A program made the translations under genes and the position numbers. Below are positions 9,061-19,252 of a stretch of 32,000 nucleotides of DNA, in pieces (positions within the stretch are counted from its first letter, which is position 1; each line of letters begins with the position of its first letter). This DNA comes from Erysipelotrichaceae bacterium (GTDB taxonomy: Bacteria; Bacillota_I; Bacilli_A; Erysipelotrichales; Coprobacillaceae): the NCBI GenBank assembly GCA_028698185.1, contig JAQVDW010000017.1:7885-39884 (forward strand), given 5' to 3'. A model generated the notes under the pieces. That model did not search any database and had not been told where the DNA came from. It was given only the letters and a program-made list of their open reading frames with translations.

Positions 9061-9968
9061 TGAGAAACGAAGAAACTTATGTTACCAGTGGAACCCACGT
9101 TCATTTTGCGCTCTATCTGCCTAGAATCGTAATCCGTTACCGGGCGATCGTTCAGATCCATCACGGACTGGAGGAATATAACGAACGCTATCATAAGTTC
9201 GCTTCTTTCTTGGCCAATCATGGCTACGTGGTTATCACGGCCGATTTTCCTGGCCACGGCCAGTCGCTCAACAATTTCAACCAGGGTCAGTTCTGCGAGC
9301 TGGATGGGACCGTTACCTTGGTGGACGATGTCGAAAGGCTGCGGGACATTGTGGCAACCCGCTATCCATCGCTGCCCTATTTCATGCTGGGATACCAGCT
9401 TGGTTCGGTTGTCTTGAAAAAGTACATCGCCCTTTTTGGCCAGAAGATTGACGGTTGCATCCTGTTGGGAACCAACGGCCAAAATCCGTTCCGTCATTAT
9501 CGGGCGGCATTCAACCTGTCGTCGCTGTTTGTCAACGACAATGCCAAAAACAACTTCATCCATCAGCTTATCCACAGCCGCTTTGGCAAATCGAGCAATG
9601 CGGTCGATTACCTGAGCCATGACAGCGAAGCGGTTGCCAGCTATTATGACGACCCCTTCAATCACTTCGCCTATACGAACAAGTCATACAAGGAAATCAT
9701 GCGCCTTCTTGACCAGGCGGGATCGTACGAGCAGATGAAAAACATTCCGACCGATTTGCCGATCCTGCTTCTTTCGGGCAAGGATGACTTTTTTGGCGAA
9801 TACGGCAAGGGGGTCGAATGGCTCCACACCGCCTACAAGAAACTGGGCATCAAGGATGTGGAAATGAATATCTATCCCAAAATGAGGATGGATATACTCC
9901 ATGAGGTTGATTATCGGGATGTCTATTGGAGGATCGTTGACTGGCTCGAAGAACACACCTATTATTAG
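9057..9968 (+). CDS. Alpha/beta-hydrolase fold protein (lysophospholipase/Hydrolase_4-like) lacking the nucleophile serine
   Basis: 303 aa. IHHGLEEY...ADFPGHGQS oxyanion/N-terminal pattern, C-terminal SGKDD (Asp) and DILHE (His). The nucleophile elbow reads LGYQLGS (Gln114, nt 9396-9398) instead of G-H-S-x-G. ATGA start/stop overlap with ygiQ. Confidence 0.75.
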   Translation: MMRNEETYVTSGTHVHFALYLPRIVIRYRAIVQIHHGLEEYNERYHKFASFLANHGYVVITADFPGHGQSLNNFNQGQFCELDGTVTLVDDVERLRDIVATRYPSLPYFMLGYQLGSVVLKKYIALFGQKIDGCILLGTNGQNPFRHYRAAFNLSSLFVNDNAKNNFIHQLIHSRFGKSSNAVDYLSHDSEAVASYYDDPFNHFAYTNKSYKEIMRLLDQAGSYEQMKNIPTDLPILLLSGKDDFFGEYGKGVEWLHTAYKKLGIKDVEMNIYPKMRMDILHEVDYRDVYWRIVDWLEEHTYY

Positions 9969-10039
9969 CACCCTGATAGTTGGTTGACAAACCAGGGTTA
10001 TAAAGGTATCTTATAGTGGAATAAAAATATTTAAAATAA

Positions 10040-10069
10040 AGGCTTGGGCATACCAAGTCTTTTACATTT
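10040..10069 (+). terminator. Possible rho-independent terminator after the hydrolase gene
   Basis: 8-bp stem aggcttgg/ccaagtct (one G-U pair), 5-nt loop, then tttacattt. Modest stem and an interrupted T tract. Confidence 0.4.
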
Positions 10070-10090
10070 ATATAAAAAAGGAGATGTCTT

Positions 10091-11464
10091 ATGAGTAAAT
10101 ACGATATGGAAAAATTGGTGGCTCACGCGAAGAGCCAGGGGTTTGTTTATCAGGGATCGGAAATCTATGACGGATTGGCCAATACCTGGGATTACGGTCC
10201 TTTGGGGGTCGAACTGAAAAACAACATCAAACAGGCGTGGTGGAAACGTTTCATCCAGGAGTCGCCATACAACGTCGGACTTGATTCGGCAATTTTCATG
10301 AATTCCAAAGTATGGGAAGCTTCAGGCCATGTCGACGGTTTTTCTGATCCGTTGATTGATTGCAAGTCATGCAAGACCCGTCACCGTGCCGACAAACTTA
10401 TCGAGGCCTACGATCCCGATGTTCACAGTGAAGGTTGGGAAAACGCCGAGGTTGTCAAATACATAAAGGACCACAACATCACTTGTCCAAACTGCGGCTC
10501 GGGTGATTTCACTGATGTCCGTCAGTTCAAATTGATGTTTGAAACCCATATGGGGGTTGTCGAGGATGCCAAGGATGTCGTTTATCTGCGCCCGGAAACC
10601 GCTCAAGGTATCTTTGTCAATTTCAAAAACATCCAACGTACATCGCGCAAGAAAGTTCCTTTCGGGATCGGTCAAATCGGGAAATCATTCCGGAATGAGA
10701 TCACTCCGGGCAACTTCATCTTCAGAACTCGCGAGTTCGAACAGATGGAGCTGGAATTTTTCTGCCAGCCGGGAACCGATCTTGAGTGGTTCGAATACTG
10801 GAAAGAACAGTGCCGCAACTTTTTGCTTGATCTTGGCTTGAACGCTGAAAATCTCAAATTCCGCGACCATCAGCCAGAGGAGCTGTCATTCTATTCTAAG
10901 GCAACTTGCGATGTCGAGTACCAATATCCGTTCGGGTGGGGTGAACTTTGGGGTATCGCCGATAGGACCGATTATGACCTCGGCCGCCATCAGGAAGTTT
11001 CCAAGAAAAACCTGGAATACCTGGATCCGACAACAAATGAAAAATACTTGCCTTATGTAATCGAGCCTTCAGTCGGGGCGGATCGGCTTTTCCTGGCGAT
11101 TCTTTGCGACAGCATCGAAGACGAGACATTGGAAGACGGGACAATCAGAACGGTAATGCATCTTGATCCTAAGATCGCACCGGTCAAAGTTGCAATCCTG
11201 CCGCTTACCAAGAAGTTGAGCGAAAAAGGTGAGGAAGTTTACCAAAAACTGATCAAGGAATTCAATTGCGAATTCGACCTTACCGGTCAAATCGGGAAAC
11301 GTTACCGCCGTCAGGACGCGATTGGAACACCATATTGCGTCACCGTCGATTTCGATACTTTGGAAGACAATACCGTGACTGTAAGGGAACGCGACAGCAT
11401 GGAACAGGTTCGGATGAACATTGATGAACTTAGCGCATACTTCAACGGATTGGTGAGATTTTAG
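10091..11464 (+). CDS. glyQS: Glycine--tRNA ligase, single-chain alpha2 type
   Basis: 457 aa. [29 protein letters not shown] and class II motifs ([29 protein letters not shown]). aaaaggag SD upstream. Confidence 0.93.
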   Translation: MSKYDMEKLVAHAKSQGFVYQGSEIYDGLANTWDYGPLGVELKNNIKQAWWKRFIQESPYNVGLDSAIFMNSKVWEASGHVDGFSDPLIDCKSCKTRHRADKLIEAYDPDVHSEGWENAEVVKYIKDHNITCPNCGSGDFTDVRQFKLMFETHMGVVEDAKDVVYLRPETAQGIFVNFKNIQRTSRKKVPFGIGQIGKSFRNEITPGNFIFRTREFEQMELEFFCQPGTDLEWFEYWKEQCRNFLLDLGLNAENLKFRDHQPEELSFYSKATCDVEYQYPFGWGELWGIADRTDYDLGRHQEVSKKNLEYLDPTTNEKYLPYVIEPSVGADRLFLAILCDSIEDETLEDGTIRTVMHLDPKIAPVKVAILPLTKKLSEKGEEVYQKLIKEFNCEFDLTGQIGKRYRRQDAIGTPYCVTVDFDTLEDNTVTVRERDSMEQVRMNIDELSAYFNGLVRF

Positions 11465-11475
11465 AAAGGTTTGAT

Positions 11476-13251
11476 TTGATGGCCCGGTTGCCTAGAGAAA
11501 AAATTCAAGAAATAAGACAGGCGGTCGATATAGTCGATGTGGTTGGCAATTACATCGCCCTGGAAAAAAGCGGCCGCAACTACAAGGGATTATGTCCTTT
11601 TCACGAGGATTCCAATCCTTCTTTGTCGGTCTCGCCCGAAAAGCAGATATATCATTGTTTTGTGTGCAATGCCGGTGGCAATGTGTTTGACTTTGTCGAG
11701 AACTACAACAAGGTCTCTTTCATCGAGGCGGTCAAGACGGTGGCTGGATTTGCCAATATTGACTTATCCAGGTACCAGCTTGACCATCAGTCCCACCGCA
11801 GTGCCCCCCAGGATCCCCTGTACACGCTTCAAGATGATGCCTTGAATCTTTACAGCTTCTACCTGTTCACCAAACAGGGGTTGTCAGCCAAGGACTATCT
11901 CAACCGGCGCAACATGAACCAGGATGTGATCAGCCATTTCAATATCGGCTATGCGCCCCATGGCAACGTGTTGACCAAGGCGTTCACCGAGAAGGGAATC
12001 GATTTCAAGACGATGGTCCAGACCGGTCTGATAATCGAATCCTTCGAGGGCCGGGACCTGTTTGAACATCGAATCATCTTTCCCATCCACAATATGGCGG
12101 GGCAGGTTGTGGCTTTTTCGGGGCGGATTTTCGATGACAATCCCAATGTGCCCAAATACATAAATTCGCCCGAGACGAAGATATTTGTCAAGGGTAACGT
12201 CCTGTACAATTATCATCGGGCTATCAAGACGATCAGGGAAAAGGATGCCATTGTTATCTGCGAAGGGTTTATGGATGTAATCGCCTATTACAAGGCGGGA
12301 ATTGAAAATGCCGTCGCCTTGATGGGAACGGCGTTCACCAAAAACCATCTGGGCGCCATCAGGCGTCTGACAAGAAACATAATCCTTTCTCTCGATGGCG
12401 ACAAGGCCGGGAAGCAGGCGACAATCAAGATAATCGAAGCCCTCGCCAACCAAGATTTCCATATCCGGGTTGTAAGCTTGCCGGGAAACCGGGATCCTGA
12501 CGAGATTCTTGAATCCGGCGGCAAGGAGCAGTTGGTAAGTTTCATCACCAATGCGCCCAGCGCATTCGAGTTCATGCTTGACTACGAGGCCCGCACGACA
12601 AACCTGAACAATTACGAAGAAAAAAAGCGCTTTTTGATCAGGATGGCGGCCCAAATCAAGAATATGGACAACCAGTTTGACCGGGATTTCTACATTGACA
12701 AGCTTGCCAAAATGGCCGATGTGGCGACGTCCATCGTGGAATCACTGATTGGCATCGAGACCAGGCCGGATTTCAAACCGGCAGCCCGGCCGTTGCAGAC
12801 CCGCTTGATCAGACCGGCCAAAGTTATAGACAAATATCTCCAGGCTCAGCAGGGATTGCTTTACTACATGATGCAAAACAAGAAATTGGCCAAGATGTAC
12901 GAATCGAAACTGGGGTTCATGATCGACAAATCATACCAGCTTATCGCCAATTATATTTTGGATTATTACAGTCGCAATGAGACTCTCGATGTCGCTGATT
13001 TCCTGGAATGTCTCCCAGACGAAAATTTTCAAAAGGTAATCATCGCTATCGCCCAGCTAGACCTGCCGGAAATCAACGACAGCCATGCAGTCGAGGATTA
13101 TATTTCCCTGGTCAAGGAAAAAATAATATTGGAACGAATTGATTTTCTGGTCGCCAAGATGAATGAAAGCATAGATCTTGACCAGAAAAATGAATTAGCT
13201 ATAGAAATTGTAAATTTGAAAAAAGAGGTAAAAAATGGCGGCAAAAGTTAA
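11476..13251 (+). CDS. dnaG: DNA primase
   Basis: Zinc ribbon [13 protein letters not shown]...[17 protein letters not shown] segment EGFMDVI...SLDGDKAG. Start is TTG 11476 or ATG 11479. Confidence 0.93.
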   Translation: MMARLPREKIQEIRQAVDIVDVVGNYIALEKSGRNYKGLCPFHEDSNPSLSVSPEKQIYHCFVCNAGGNVFDFVENYNKVSFIEAVKTVAGFANIDLSRYQLDHQSHRSAPQDPLYTLQDDALNLYSFYLFTKQGLSAKDYLNRRNMNQDVISHFNIGYAPHGNVLTKAFTEKGIDFKTMVQTGLIIESFEGRDLFEHRIIFPIHNMAGQVVAFSGRIFDDNPNVPKYINSPETKIFVKGNVLYNYHRAIKTIREKDAIVICEGFMDVIAYYKAGIENAVALMGTAFTKNHLGAIRRLTRNIILSLDGDKAGKQATIKIIEALANQDFHIRVVSLPGNRDPDEILESGGKEQLVSFITNAPSAFEFMLDYEARTTNLNNYEEKKRFLIRMAAQIKNMDNQFDRDFYIDKLAKMADVATSIVESLIGIETRPDFKPAARPLQTRLIRPAKVIDKYLQAQQGLLYYMMQNKKLAKMYESKLGFMIDKSYQLIANYILDYYSRNETLDVADFLECLPDENFQKVIIAIAQLDLPEINDSHAVEDYISLVKEKIILERIDFLVAKMNESIDLDQKNELAIEIVNLKKEVKNGGKS

Positions 13252-14467
13252 AAGACCTACGGCACTATCATTTGATGAATTGAAAGAAATGATTCTCAAT
13301 GATGCCAAGGCGGAAAATAATGTATTATCGCAGGACGCGATTGACGATTACATGTCAACTTATGACCTTTCGGACGAACTGGCTGACGAATTGTTATCCT
13401 TCATTTCCGAAAACAAAATAACCATCGCCGATGGTTTGGACAGTCTCGATGACGAAGATGTCAACCTGATGGAAGATGATGACGATTTCGAGCTTGATGA
13501 CGACATGGATGAAGATATTCCTGAGCTGGATTTCGAAGGCGACTTCGACCTGTCGACCGGAGACACTTTCAACATGTACTCAACCAAGGAGGCCGATGAT
13601 GAGTATGACGGGACCAAACTAGGTGCCAATGTCAAAATCAATGATCCGGTAAAAATGTACCTGAAAGAAATCGGACGGGTTGACCTGCTTTCACAAGACG
13701 AGGAAGTGCATTTGGCCCAACAGATTCTCGAAGGAAATGAAGATGCAAAAAAACGTCTTGCAGCCGCTAACTTGCGTTTGGTCGTATCGATTGCCAAACG
13801 TTACGTTGGCCGTGGTATGCTTTTCCTTGATCTTATCCAGGAAGGGAATATGGGACTTATCAAGGCGGTTGAGAAATTTGACTACACCAAAGGGTTCAAA
13901 TTCTCGACATATGCGACTTGGTGGATCCGTCAAGCGATCACCCGGGCCATTGCCGACCAGGCAAGAACAATCCGGATACCGGTCCACATGGTTGAAACGA
14001 TCAACAAGCTGACCCGGATCCAACGGCAATTGATCCAGGAGTTGGGCCGTGAGCCGACTGCCGAGGAGATTGCCGAACAGATGCCAGGGATGACCCCGCA
14101 AAAAGTCCGGGAAATCCAAAAAATATCACTCGAACCGGTTTCTTTGGAAACTCCTATCGGCGAAGAGGACGACTCACATCTAGGAGATTTCATCGAAGAT
14201 GAAGGGGCAATGAGTCCTGATGACTATGCCGCCAGCGAACTGTTGAAAGACGAGCTTAGCGAAGTCCTGCTCGAGCTTACCGATCGTGAAGAGAAAGTAT
14301 TGCGTCTGCGTTTCGGACTTGATGACGGCCGGACCAGAACTCTCGAAGAAGTGGGTAAGGAATTCAACGTAACCCGCGAGCGGATTCGCCAGATCGAAGC
14401 CAAAGCTTTGAGAAAACTGAAACATCCCTCACGTTCCAAACGATTAAAAGACTTTTTGGACCATTAA
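13235..14467 (+). CDS. rpoD: Primary RNA polymerase sigma factor (sigma-70/SigA)
   Basis: 410 aa. Acidic region 1, region 2 [39 protein letters not shown], region 4 [20 protein letters not shown]. 17-nt overlap with dnaG. Confidence 0.95.
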   Translation: MAAKVKRPTALSFDELKEMILNDAKAENNVLSQDAIDDYMSTYDLSDELADELLSFISENKITIADGLDSLDDEDVNLMEDDDDFELDDDMDEDIPELDFEGDFDLSTGDTFNMYSTKEADDEYDGTKLGANVKINDPVKMYLKEIGRVDLLSQDEEVHLAQQILEGNEDAKKRLAAANLRLVVSIAKRYVGRGMLFLDLIQEGNMGLIKAVEKFDYTKGFKFSTYATWWIRQAITRAIADQARTIRIPVHMVETINKLTRIQRQLIQELGREPTAEEIAEQMPGMTPQKVREIQKISLEPVSLETPIGEEDDSHLGDFIEDEGAMSPDDYAASELLKDELSEVLLELTDREEKVLRLRFGLDDGRTRTLEEVGKEFNVTRERIRQIEAKALRKLKHPSRSKRLKDFLDH

Positions 14468-14470
14468 GCC

Positions 14471-15187
14471 ATGAAGCTCTCTAGTCGTTTGAAGACCCTG
14501 GCTGACCTGATTGAAAAATACAGGAAGGGTGAAATACTTGCCGATATCGGATCCGACCATGCCTATTTGCCCTGCTTTCTGGTTGGCAAGGGCGTCGTAT
14601 CCAAAGCCTATGCTTGCGACATCACCCCCGGACCGGTAAAAAGCGCACTTGAGACAGTCGCCTATTACCACCTCGAAGATAGAATCGAGGTGCTAATGGG
14701 GGACGGGCTCGAGCCGATCCTCGACAAGAAAGTCGACATGATCGCGATTGCGGGCATGGGTTCGTACCTTATCAGTGACATTCTCGAAGAGAACAAGAAT
14801 TATTTAAAACATGTCAAGATGTTGTTCCTGCAACCAAACGCTAACATCGACCATCTGCGGATGTATCTTTACGAAAACAATTATCTCATTGTCGATGAGG
14901 CCATAGTTAGGGATGGAAACCATATATATGAAATGGTCGTCGCCATTCTTGATGAAACGGAATGCGTCTGTGATATCAAGGGTCTGGTTGATATGCGCAG
15001 CATTGAATTTGGACCGATCCTATCCAAGGTGCAATCGCCGTTGTTTGTTGAAAAATGGAACCGCCAGTACCGCCTTTACAATGAGGTGGTCAAGGCTATA
15101 GAAAAGACTAATCCCCGCTACGAGGAACTTGTCGCCAAAATTAGGATGATCGAGGAGGTCCTGGATGAAAATCTCGACAATCGTTGA
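14471..15187 (+). CDS. trmK: tRNA (adenine22-N1)-methyltransferase TrmK
   Basis: 238 aa. ADIGSDHAYLP and IAGMG motifs, and YqfN-like position after sigA. Confidence 0.8.
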   Translation: MKLSSRLKTLADLIEKYRKGEILADIGSDHAYLPCFLVGKGVVSKAYACDITPGPVKSALETVAYYHLEDRIEVLMGDGLEPILDKKVDMIAIAGMGSYLISDILEENKNYLKHVKMLFLQPNANIDHLRMYLYENNYLIVDEAIVRDGNHIYEMVVAILDETECVCDIKGLVDMRSIEFGPILSKVQSPLFVEKWNRQYRLYNEVVKAIEKTNPRYEELVAKIRMIEEVLDENLDNR

Positions 15188-15923
15188 TCACCTTGAACAG
15201 TATTTCCCGTTTGCTATCCAGGAAACCTGGGACCGCTCCGGCCTGCAGATAGGCAACCTTGATGGCGAGGCCAACAAGGTCATGGTCAGTTTGAACTGTG
15301 ATCTGACGGCCGTCGAAAAGGCTATCGAAAATGGCTGCGAGCTGCTTGTGACCCACCATCCGTTTTTGTTGAACAAGTTTGACAATTATGACACGGGTAC
15401 AGCTTATACCCGGATTCTGGAAAAGGCCTTGAAACACAATCTTACCGTTGTTTCTTTCCATACCTGCCTTGACCGGGGAATCATCGGTGTTTCCATGAAC
15501 TACTGGCTCATTTCAAAGTTGCCGGTCGGTGAGATAAAAAATTACGATGAAACCGGAATTGGCAAGATGGCGATTCTCGATAATGAATATGACTTTGATG
15601 GTTTCGTCGAACTCGCGAAGAACCGCTTCGGACTGGAAACCGTGAGGACCAATGAGCTCTCCGGCAAGAAAATCAGGTCTGTCGCGATTTGCGGCGGTTC
15701 CGGTTTTGATGACATCAATAAGCTCTTTGGCAAAGTCGACTGCTTCATTTCGGGCGACTGCAAATACCATCAGGGGCAAGTTGCAACAGAAAACAATCTG
15801 GCAGTCATCGACGCTTCCCACCATTTGGAAGTGATCATGGAACTGGAGGTCGCGAAGATGCTTTCCTGTTTTGAACTGGAGATTATCACGGCCGGGTGCA
15901 CCGATTATCTTCAGGTAAAATAA
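15165..15923 (+). CDS. Nif3-family dinuclear metal centre protein (YqfO/GTP cyclohydrolase 1 type 2 homologue)
   Basis: 252 aa. WDRSGLQIG, LLVTHHP and SHH..E motifs. ggagg SD. 23-nt overlap with trmK. Confidence 0.8.
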   Translation: MKISTIVDHLEQYFPFAIQETWDRSGLQIGNLDGEANKVMVSLNCDLTAVEKAIENGCELLVTHHPFLLNKFDNYDTGTAYTRILEKALKHNLTVVSFHTCLDRGIIGVSMNYWLISKLPVGEIKNYDETGIGKMAILDNEYDFDGFVELAKNRFGLETVRTNELSGKKIRSVAICGGSGFDDINKLFGKVDCFISGDCKYHQGQVATENNLAVIDASHHLEVIMELEVAKMLSCFELEIITAGCTDYLQVK

Positions 15924-15938
15924 AAAATCCAGCTGGCG

Positions 15939-16853
15939 CTAGATTACTTTATCCAATTCAATTTTGGGTTTTTCATAAGTTGATTTATCGCAAGGATCGA
16001 ATCTTTCAAGGTATTCAATCACCTGGCGAGTCAGATAGGTTGGTGTGGAAGCTCCAGAAGTTACTGCACCAACTTTTTTATCAAGCAGATCATCGGTATT
16101 GATATCCTGCACCGTCTCAATCGTGAACACCGCCGCCTTTGTTTTTTGCCGGGCGATCTGGGCTAGTTTCTGGGAATTGTTCGAATGGGGATCACCGACG
16201 ACATAGATGATGTCAACTTCCTTGGCGACATTGCCAATTGCTTCTTGACGGACCTTGGTGGCATCGCAGATCTCATCGGCGAGTTCTAGATTGGGAAATT
16301 TTTCCTTTGCCGCTTCAAAAATATTGAAGATGTCGTAGATTGACATGGTCGTCTGGTTGGTGATCAGGTATTTCTGATTTGCGTCGAGCCGGTCGAAGTC
16401 GCTGATTTTTGTGATCAGATGGATTCTGGCGGGATCGATGGCAACCGCTCCCTCGCTTTCGGGATGACCCGACTTGCCCACATAGAGGATTTCAAATCCC
16501 TGAGATATTTTTTCCTTGATCAGATCGTGGGTCTTGATTACATCGAGACAGGTTGCGTCGACCACATTGAGCCCCTTTGCCAGCGCCTTGTCGATGACGC
16601 TCTGGCTTGTTCCGTGGGCCGAAATGATGACAGTCCCTTTGTCGACCAGGTCGACCAGGTCTTCCCGGGAAGCGCCTTTTTTATCGACGGTTTTGATGTT
16701 CATTTTTTCCAGGGCATCTACCACATACTGGTTGTGGACAATCATGCCAAGGATGGTCACCGGCTCCTGGGAGTCGCGATATTTTTTGGCCATGGAAATC
16801 GCACGGATAACCCCTTTGCAATAACCACGGGGTGTTATTGGAATAACTTTCAT
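15939..16853 (-). CDS. ispH: 4-hydroxy-3-methylbut-2-enyl diphosphate reductase
   Basis: MKVIPITPRGYCKGV (first cluster Cys), ISAHG, NQTT, and VVGDPHSNNS motifs. I chose ATG 16853 because it is preceded by gaggtg. The track start at 16943 adds 30 unsupported codons. Confidence 0.9.
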   Translation of the reverse strand: MKVIPITPRGYCKGVIRAISMAKKYRDSQEPVTILGMIVHNQYVVDALEKMNIKTVDKKGASREDLVDLVDKGTVIISAHGTSQSVIDKALAKGLNVVDATCLDVIKTHDLIKEKISQGFEILYVGKSGHPESEGAVAIDPARIHLITKISDFDRLDANQKYLITNQTTMSIYDIFNIFEAAKEKFPNLELADEICDATKVRQEAIGNVAKEVDIIYVVGDPHSNNSQKLAQIARQKTKAAVFTIETVQDINTDDLLDKKVGAVTSGASTPTYLTRQVIEYLERFDPCDKSTYEKPKIELDKVI

Positions 16854-16869
16854 TTTTTCACCTCGATTC

Positions 16870-16898
16870 ATTATATCATGACTGCAATTCAACTCAAA
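16870..16898 (-). promoter_or_regulatory. Possible ispH promoter (TTTGAG-17-TGaTATAAT)
   Basis: Read on the minus strand. The -10 is perfect with a TG extension but sits only about 6 nt from the SD, which implies a very short leader. Confidence 0.3.
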
Positions 16899-16914
16899 TT
16901 GTTTTGTAAAAAAG

Positions 16915-16943
16915 TTGTAAACATCCCCTAAAGATGGTATCAT
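16915..16943 (+). promoter_or_regulatory. Probable promoter of the DEAD-box helicase/nfo operon (TTGTAA-17-TGgTATCAT)
   Basis: -35 at 16915-16920, 17-nt spacer, TG-extended -10 at 16938-16943, then a 27-nt leader with aaaggagg. Confidence 0.5.
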
Positions 16944-16970
16944 GCTTTAAGCATTAAAAGGAGGTATACC

Positions 16971-18338
16971 ATGGATTTCAAATATTTCAATTTCAACGAT
17001 GCCTGTAACCAGGTAATCAAGGAACTTAATTTTCAAGAACCTACAAAAATTCAGGCCAAAGTAATCCCTTTGGTAAAGAAAGGGCGCGACATTATCGGGG
17101 TTTCCCAAACCGGAACAGGTAAGACCCATGCGTTCCTGTTGCCGATCATGGACATGATCGATGTCGAGAACGAGTCAGTCCAGGCCGTTATCACGACACC
17201 GACCCGCGAACTGGCCCAACAGATCTACGACCATGCGCGTCTGTTTTCCAAATACGATAATAGGATCAGGGTATCGCTGGTGACCGGCGGGCTTGACAAG
17301 CAAAAGGCGGTCAGCAAGCTGGCAATCCAGCCCCATGTCGTCATCGGGACGCCGGGCCGGATCCGCGACTTGTCACTCAACGAGCAGGCTCTTTCAATCA
17401 CTACCGCAAAGACCCTTGTAATCGATGAGGCCGACATGACAATGGAATTTGGCTATCTTGAAGACATCGATGCGGTTGCCGGAAAGATGCGTTCTGACCT
17501 GCATATGATGGTATTCTCGGCGACAATTCCACAAAACCTGCGTCCGTTTTTGAAGAAATACATGGACAGTCCGGTTATCGTGGAAATCGACGACCATCTT
17601 ACGACCAGCGCGAATGTCCAGCATATCCTGCTTAACACGAAACACAAGGACCGTTTTGGCCTGCTTGAAGAAATCATGAAGGTGCTCGACCCTTATATGT
17701 GCATCATCTTCTGCAACCGCCGCGAATCCGTTTCAGCTGTGGCAAAAGCCTTGCGTGAGGACGGCCACAAGGTCGGCGAGATTCATGGCGATCTCGAACC
17801 GCGTGAAAGAAAACAAATGATGCGCCGGATCAAGAACATGGAATATCAGTACATTGTCGCAACCGACATCGCCGCAAGGGGTATTGACATCGATGGTGTT
17901 TCCCATGTCGTCAACCTGGAACTGCCTGAAGAAAGTGACTTCTACATCCATAGATCCGGACGTTGTGGAAGGGGCAAATACAAAGGTACCTGCATTTCCA
18001 TGTATGACAGCACCGATGAGGAAAACCTGGCCATTCTTGAGAGAAAAGGGATTGAATTCAAGAACCAGATCTTTAAAAACGGCCATTTTGTCGAAACCGG
18101 ACTGCGCGAGAAACGCAAAAACCGTCCGAAACATCAGACCGAACTGGAGAAAAAGGTTCAGGCAATTGTCAAAAAACCTCAGAAGGTCAAACCAGGCTAT
18201 AAGAAAAAACGGAAATATAAAGTTGAACAGCTGGTCCGCAAGGAAAAGCGCAACACAATCAAGCAGGATATCCGCCGCCAACGCAAGGAACGCTACAAAC
18301 AAGCGCAACGAGACAAAAAAGCGGCTGAGGAAGAGTAA
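16971..18338 (+). CDS. cshB: DEAD-box ATP-dependent RNA helicase (CshB-like)
   Basis: Q motif, SQTGTGKT, PTRELA, DEAD (IDEAD), SAT, HRSGRCGR and a Lys/Arg-rich tail. Syntenic with B. subtilis yqfR(cshB)-nfo. Confidence 0.85.
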   Translation: MDFKYFNFNDACNQVIKELNFQEPTKIQAKVIPLVKKGRDIIGVSQTGTGKTHAFLLPIMDMIDVENESVQAVITTPTRELAQQIYDHARLFSKYDNRIRVSLVTGGLDKQKAVSKLAIQPHVVIGTPGRIRDLSLNEQALSITTAKTLVIDEADMTMEFGYLEDIDAVAGKMRSDLHMMVFSATIPQNLRPFLKKYMDSPVIVEIDDHLTTSANVQHILLNTKHKDRFGLLEEIMKVLDPYMCIIFCNRRESVSAVAKALREDGHKVGEIHGDLEPRERKQMMRRIKNMEYQYIVATDIAARGIDIDGVSHVVNLELPEESDFYIHRSGRCGRGKYKGTCISMYDSTDEENLAILERKGIEFKNQIFKNGHFVETGLREKRKNRPKHQTELEKKVQAIVKKPQKVKPGYKKKRKYKVEQLVRKEKRNTIKQDIRRQRKERYKQAQRDKKAAEEE

Positions 18339-18340
18339 TC

Positions 18341-19222
18341 ATGATTATCGGATCGCATGTGAGTCTCAAGGCTCCGGACATGCTTCTAGGTTCCGTCAAG
18401 GAAGCTTTAAGCTACAACTCCGACACTTTCATGTTCTATACGGGAGCACCCCAGAACACCAGACGCAAGGATATCAGTGAATTCAAAGTGGACCAGGCCA
18501 AAGAACTGATGGAGCGAAACGGTATCGACATCAACAATGTCATTGTCCACAGTCCCTACATAATCAACTTGGCAAACACCATCAAAAAGGAAACATACCA
18601 GCTCGCGGTCGACTTTTTGAAAATCGAAATCGACCGGTGCGAACAGATCGGGGCCAAGACGCTGGTTCTCCATCCCGGCAGCCATGTCCAAGCCGGCGAT
18701 GAAGCGGGTCTGGATTCGATTGTGGCCGGATTGAACGAGGTTCTAAGCGATGACCAGGATGTAATAATCGCCCTGGAGACAATGGCCGGAAAGGGCAGCG
18801 AGCTTGGGCGGAACCTCAAGGAGTTAAAATACATCTATGACAATTGTCAATACAAACACCTTTTGGGGATATGTCTTGACACTTGCCATCTTCACGACAG
18901 CGGAGTGGACATCTCCAAGTTCGATGAGTTCCTTGACGAGTTCGACCGTGTTCTAGGCATCGACAAGATAAAATGTATCCATATCAACGATTCCAAAAAC
19001 AAAATGGGCATGGCCAAGGACCGTCATGAGAATATCGGCTACGGCTATATCGGGTTTGAAAATCTGTACCGGGTTGTCACCAATCCCCGGATCAAACACA
19101 TCCCGTTGATTCTCGAGACGCCTTATTGCAACAACAAGCCGCCGTACAAGAAAGAGATCGAAATGCTGCGCAGCGGCAAGTTCGAACACTGGCTTGAGGA
19201 CAAGGAAATATTGGTGAAGTAA
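18341..19222 (+). CDS. nfo: Endonuclease IV
   Basis: 293 aa. IGSHVS, HSPYIINL, LHPGSH, CLDTCH and HINDSK metal-binding motifs. Confidence 0.92.
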   Translation: MIIGSHVSLKAPDMLLGSVKEALSYNSDTFMFYTGAPQNTRRKDISEFKVDQAKELMERNGIDINNVIVHSPYIINLANTIKKETYQLAVDFLKIEIDRCEQIGAKTLVLHPGSHVQAGDEAGLDSIVAGLNEVLSDDQDVIIALETMAGKGSELGRNLKELKYIYDNCQYKHLLGICLDTCHLHDSGVDISKFDEFLDEFDRVLGIDKIKCIHINDSKNKMGMAKDRHENIGYGYIGFENLYRVVTNPRIKHIPLILETPYCNNKPPYKKEIEMLRSGKFEHWLEDKEILVK

Positions 19223-19252
19223 AGGACAACCGCCTACTGGCGGTTGTCCTTT
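19221..19252. terminator. Bidirectional terminator hairpin between convergent nfo and ispG
   Basis: 14-bp perfect stem aaaggacaaccgcc/ggcggttgtccttt with loop tact. Flanked by A/T runs on both sides. Confidence 0.75.

Noticed and set aside
10788-10795. GGTTCGAA, a tRNA T-arm-like string
   Set aside because: It lies in frame inside glyQS coding sequence (…EWFEYW…) with no surrounding cloverleaf potential.
13430-13570. Hyper-acidic Asp/Glu tract in the RpoD N-terminus
   Set aside because: Acidic region 1.1 and its linker are a normal, variable feature of primary sigma factors, so this is not evidence of anything unusual.
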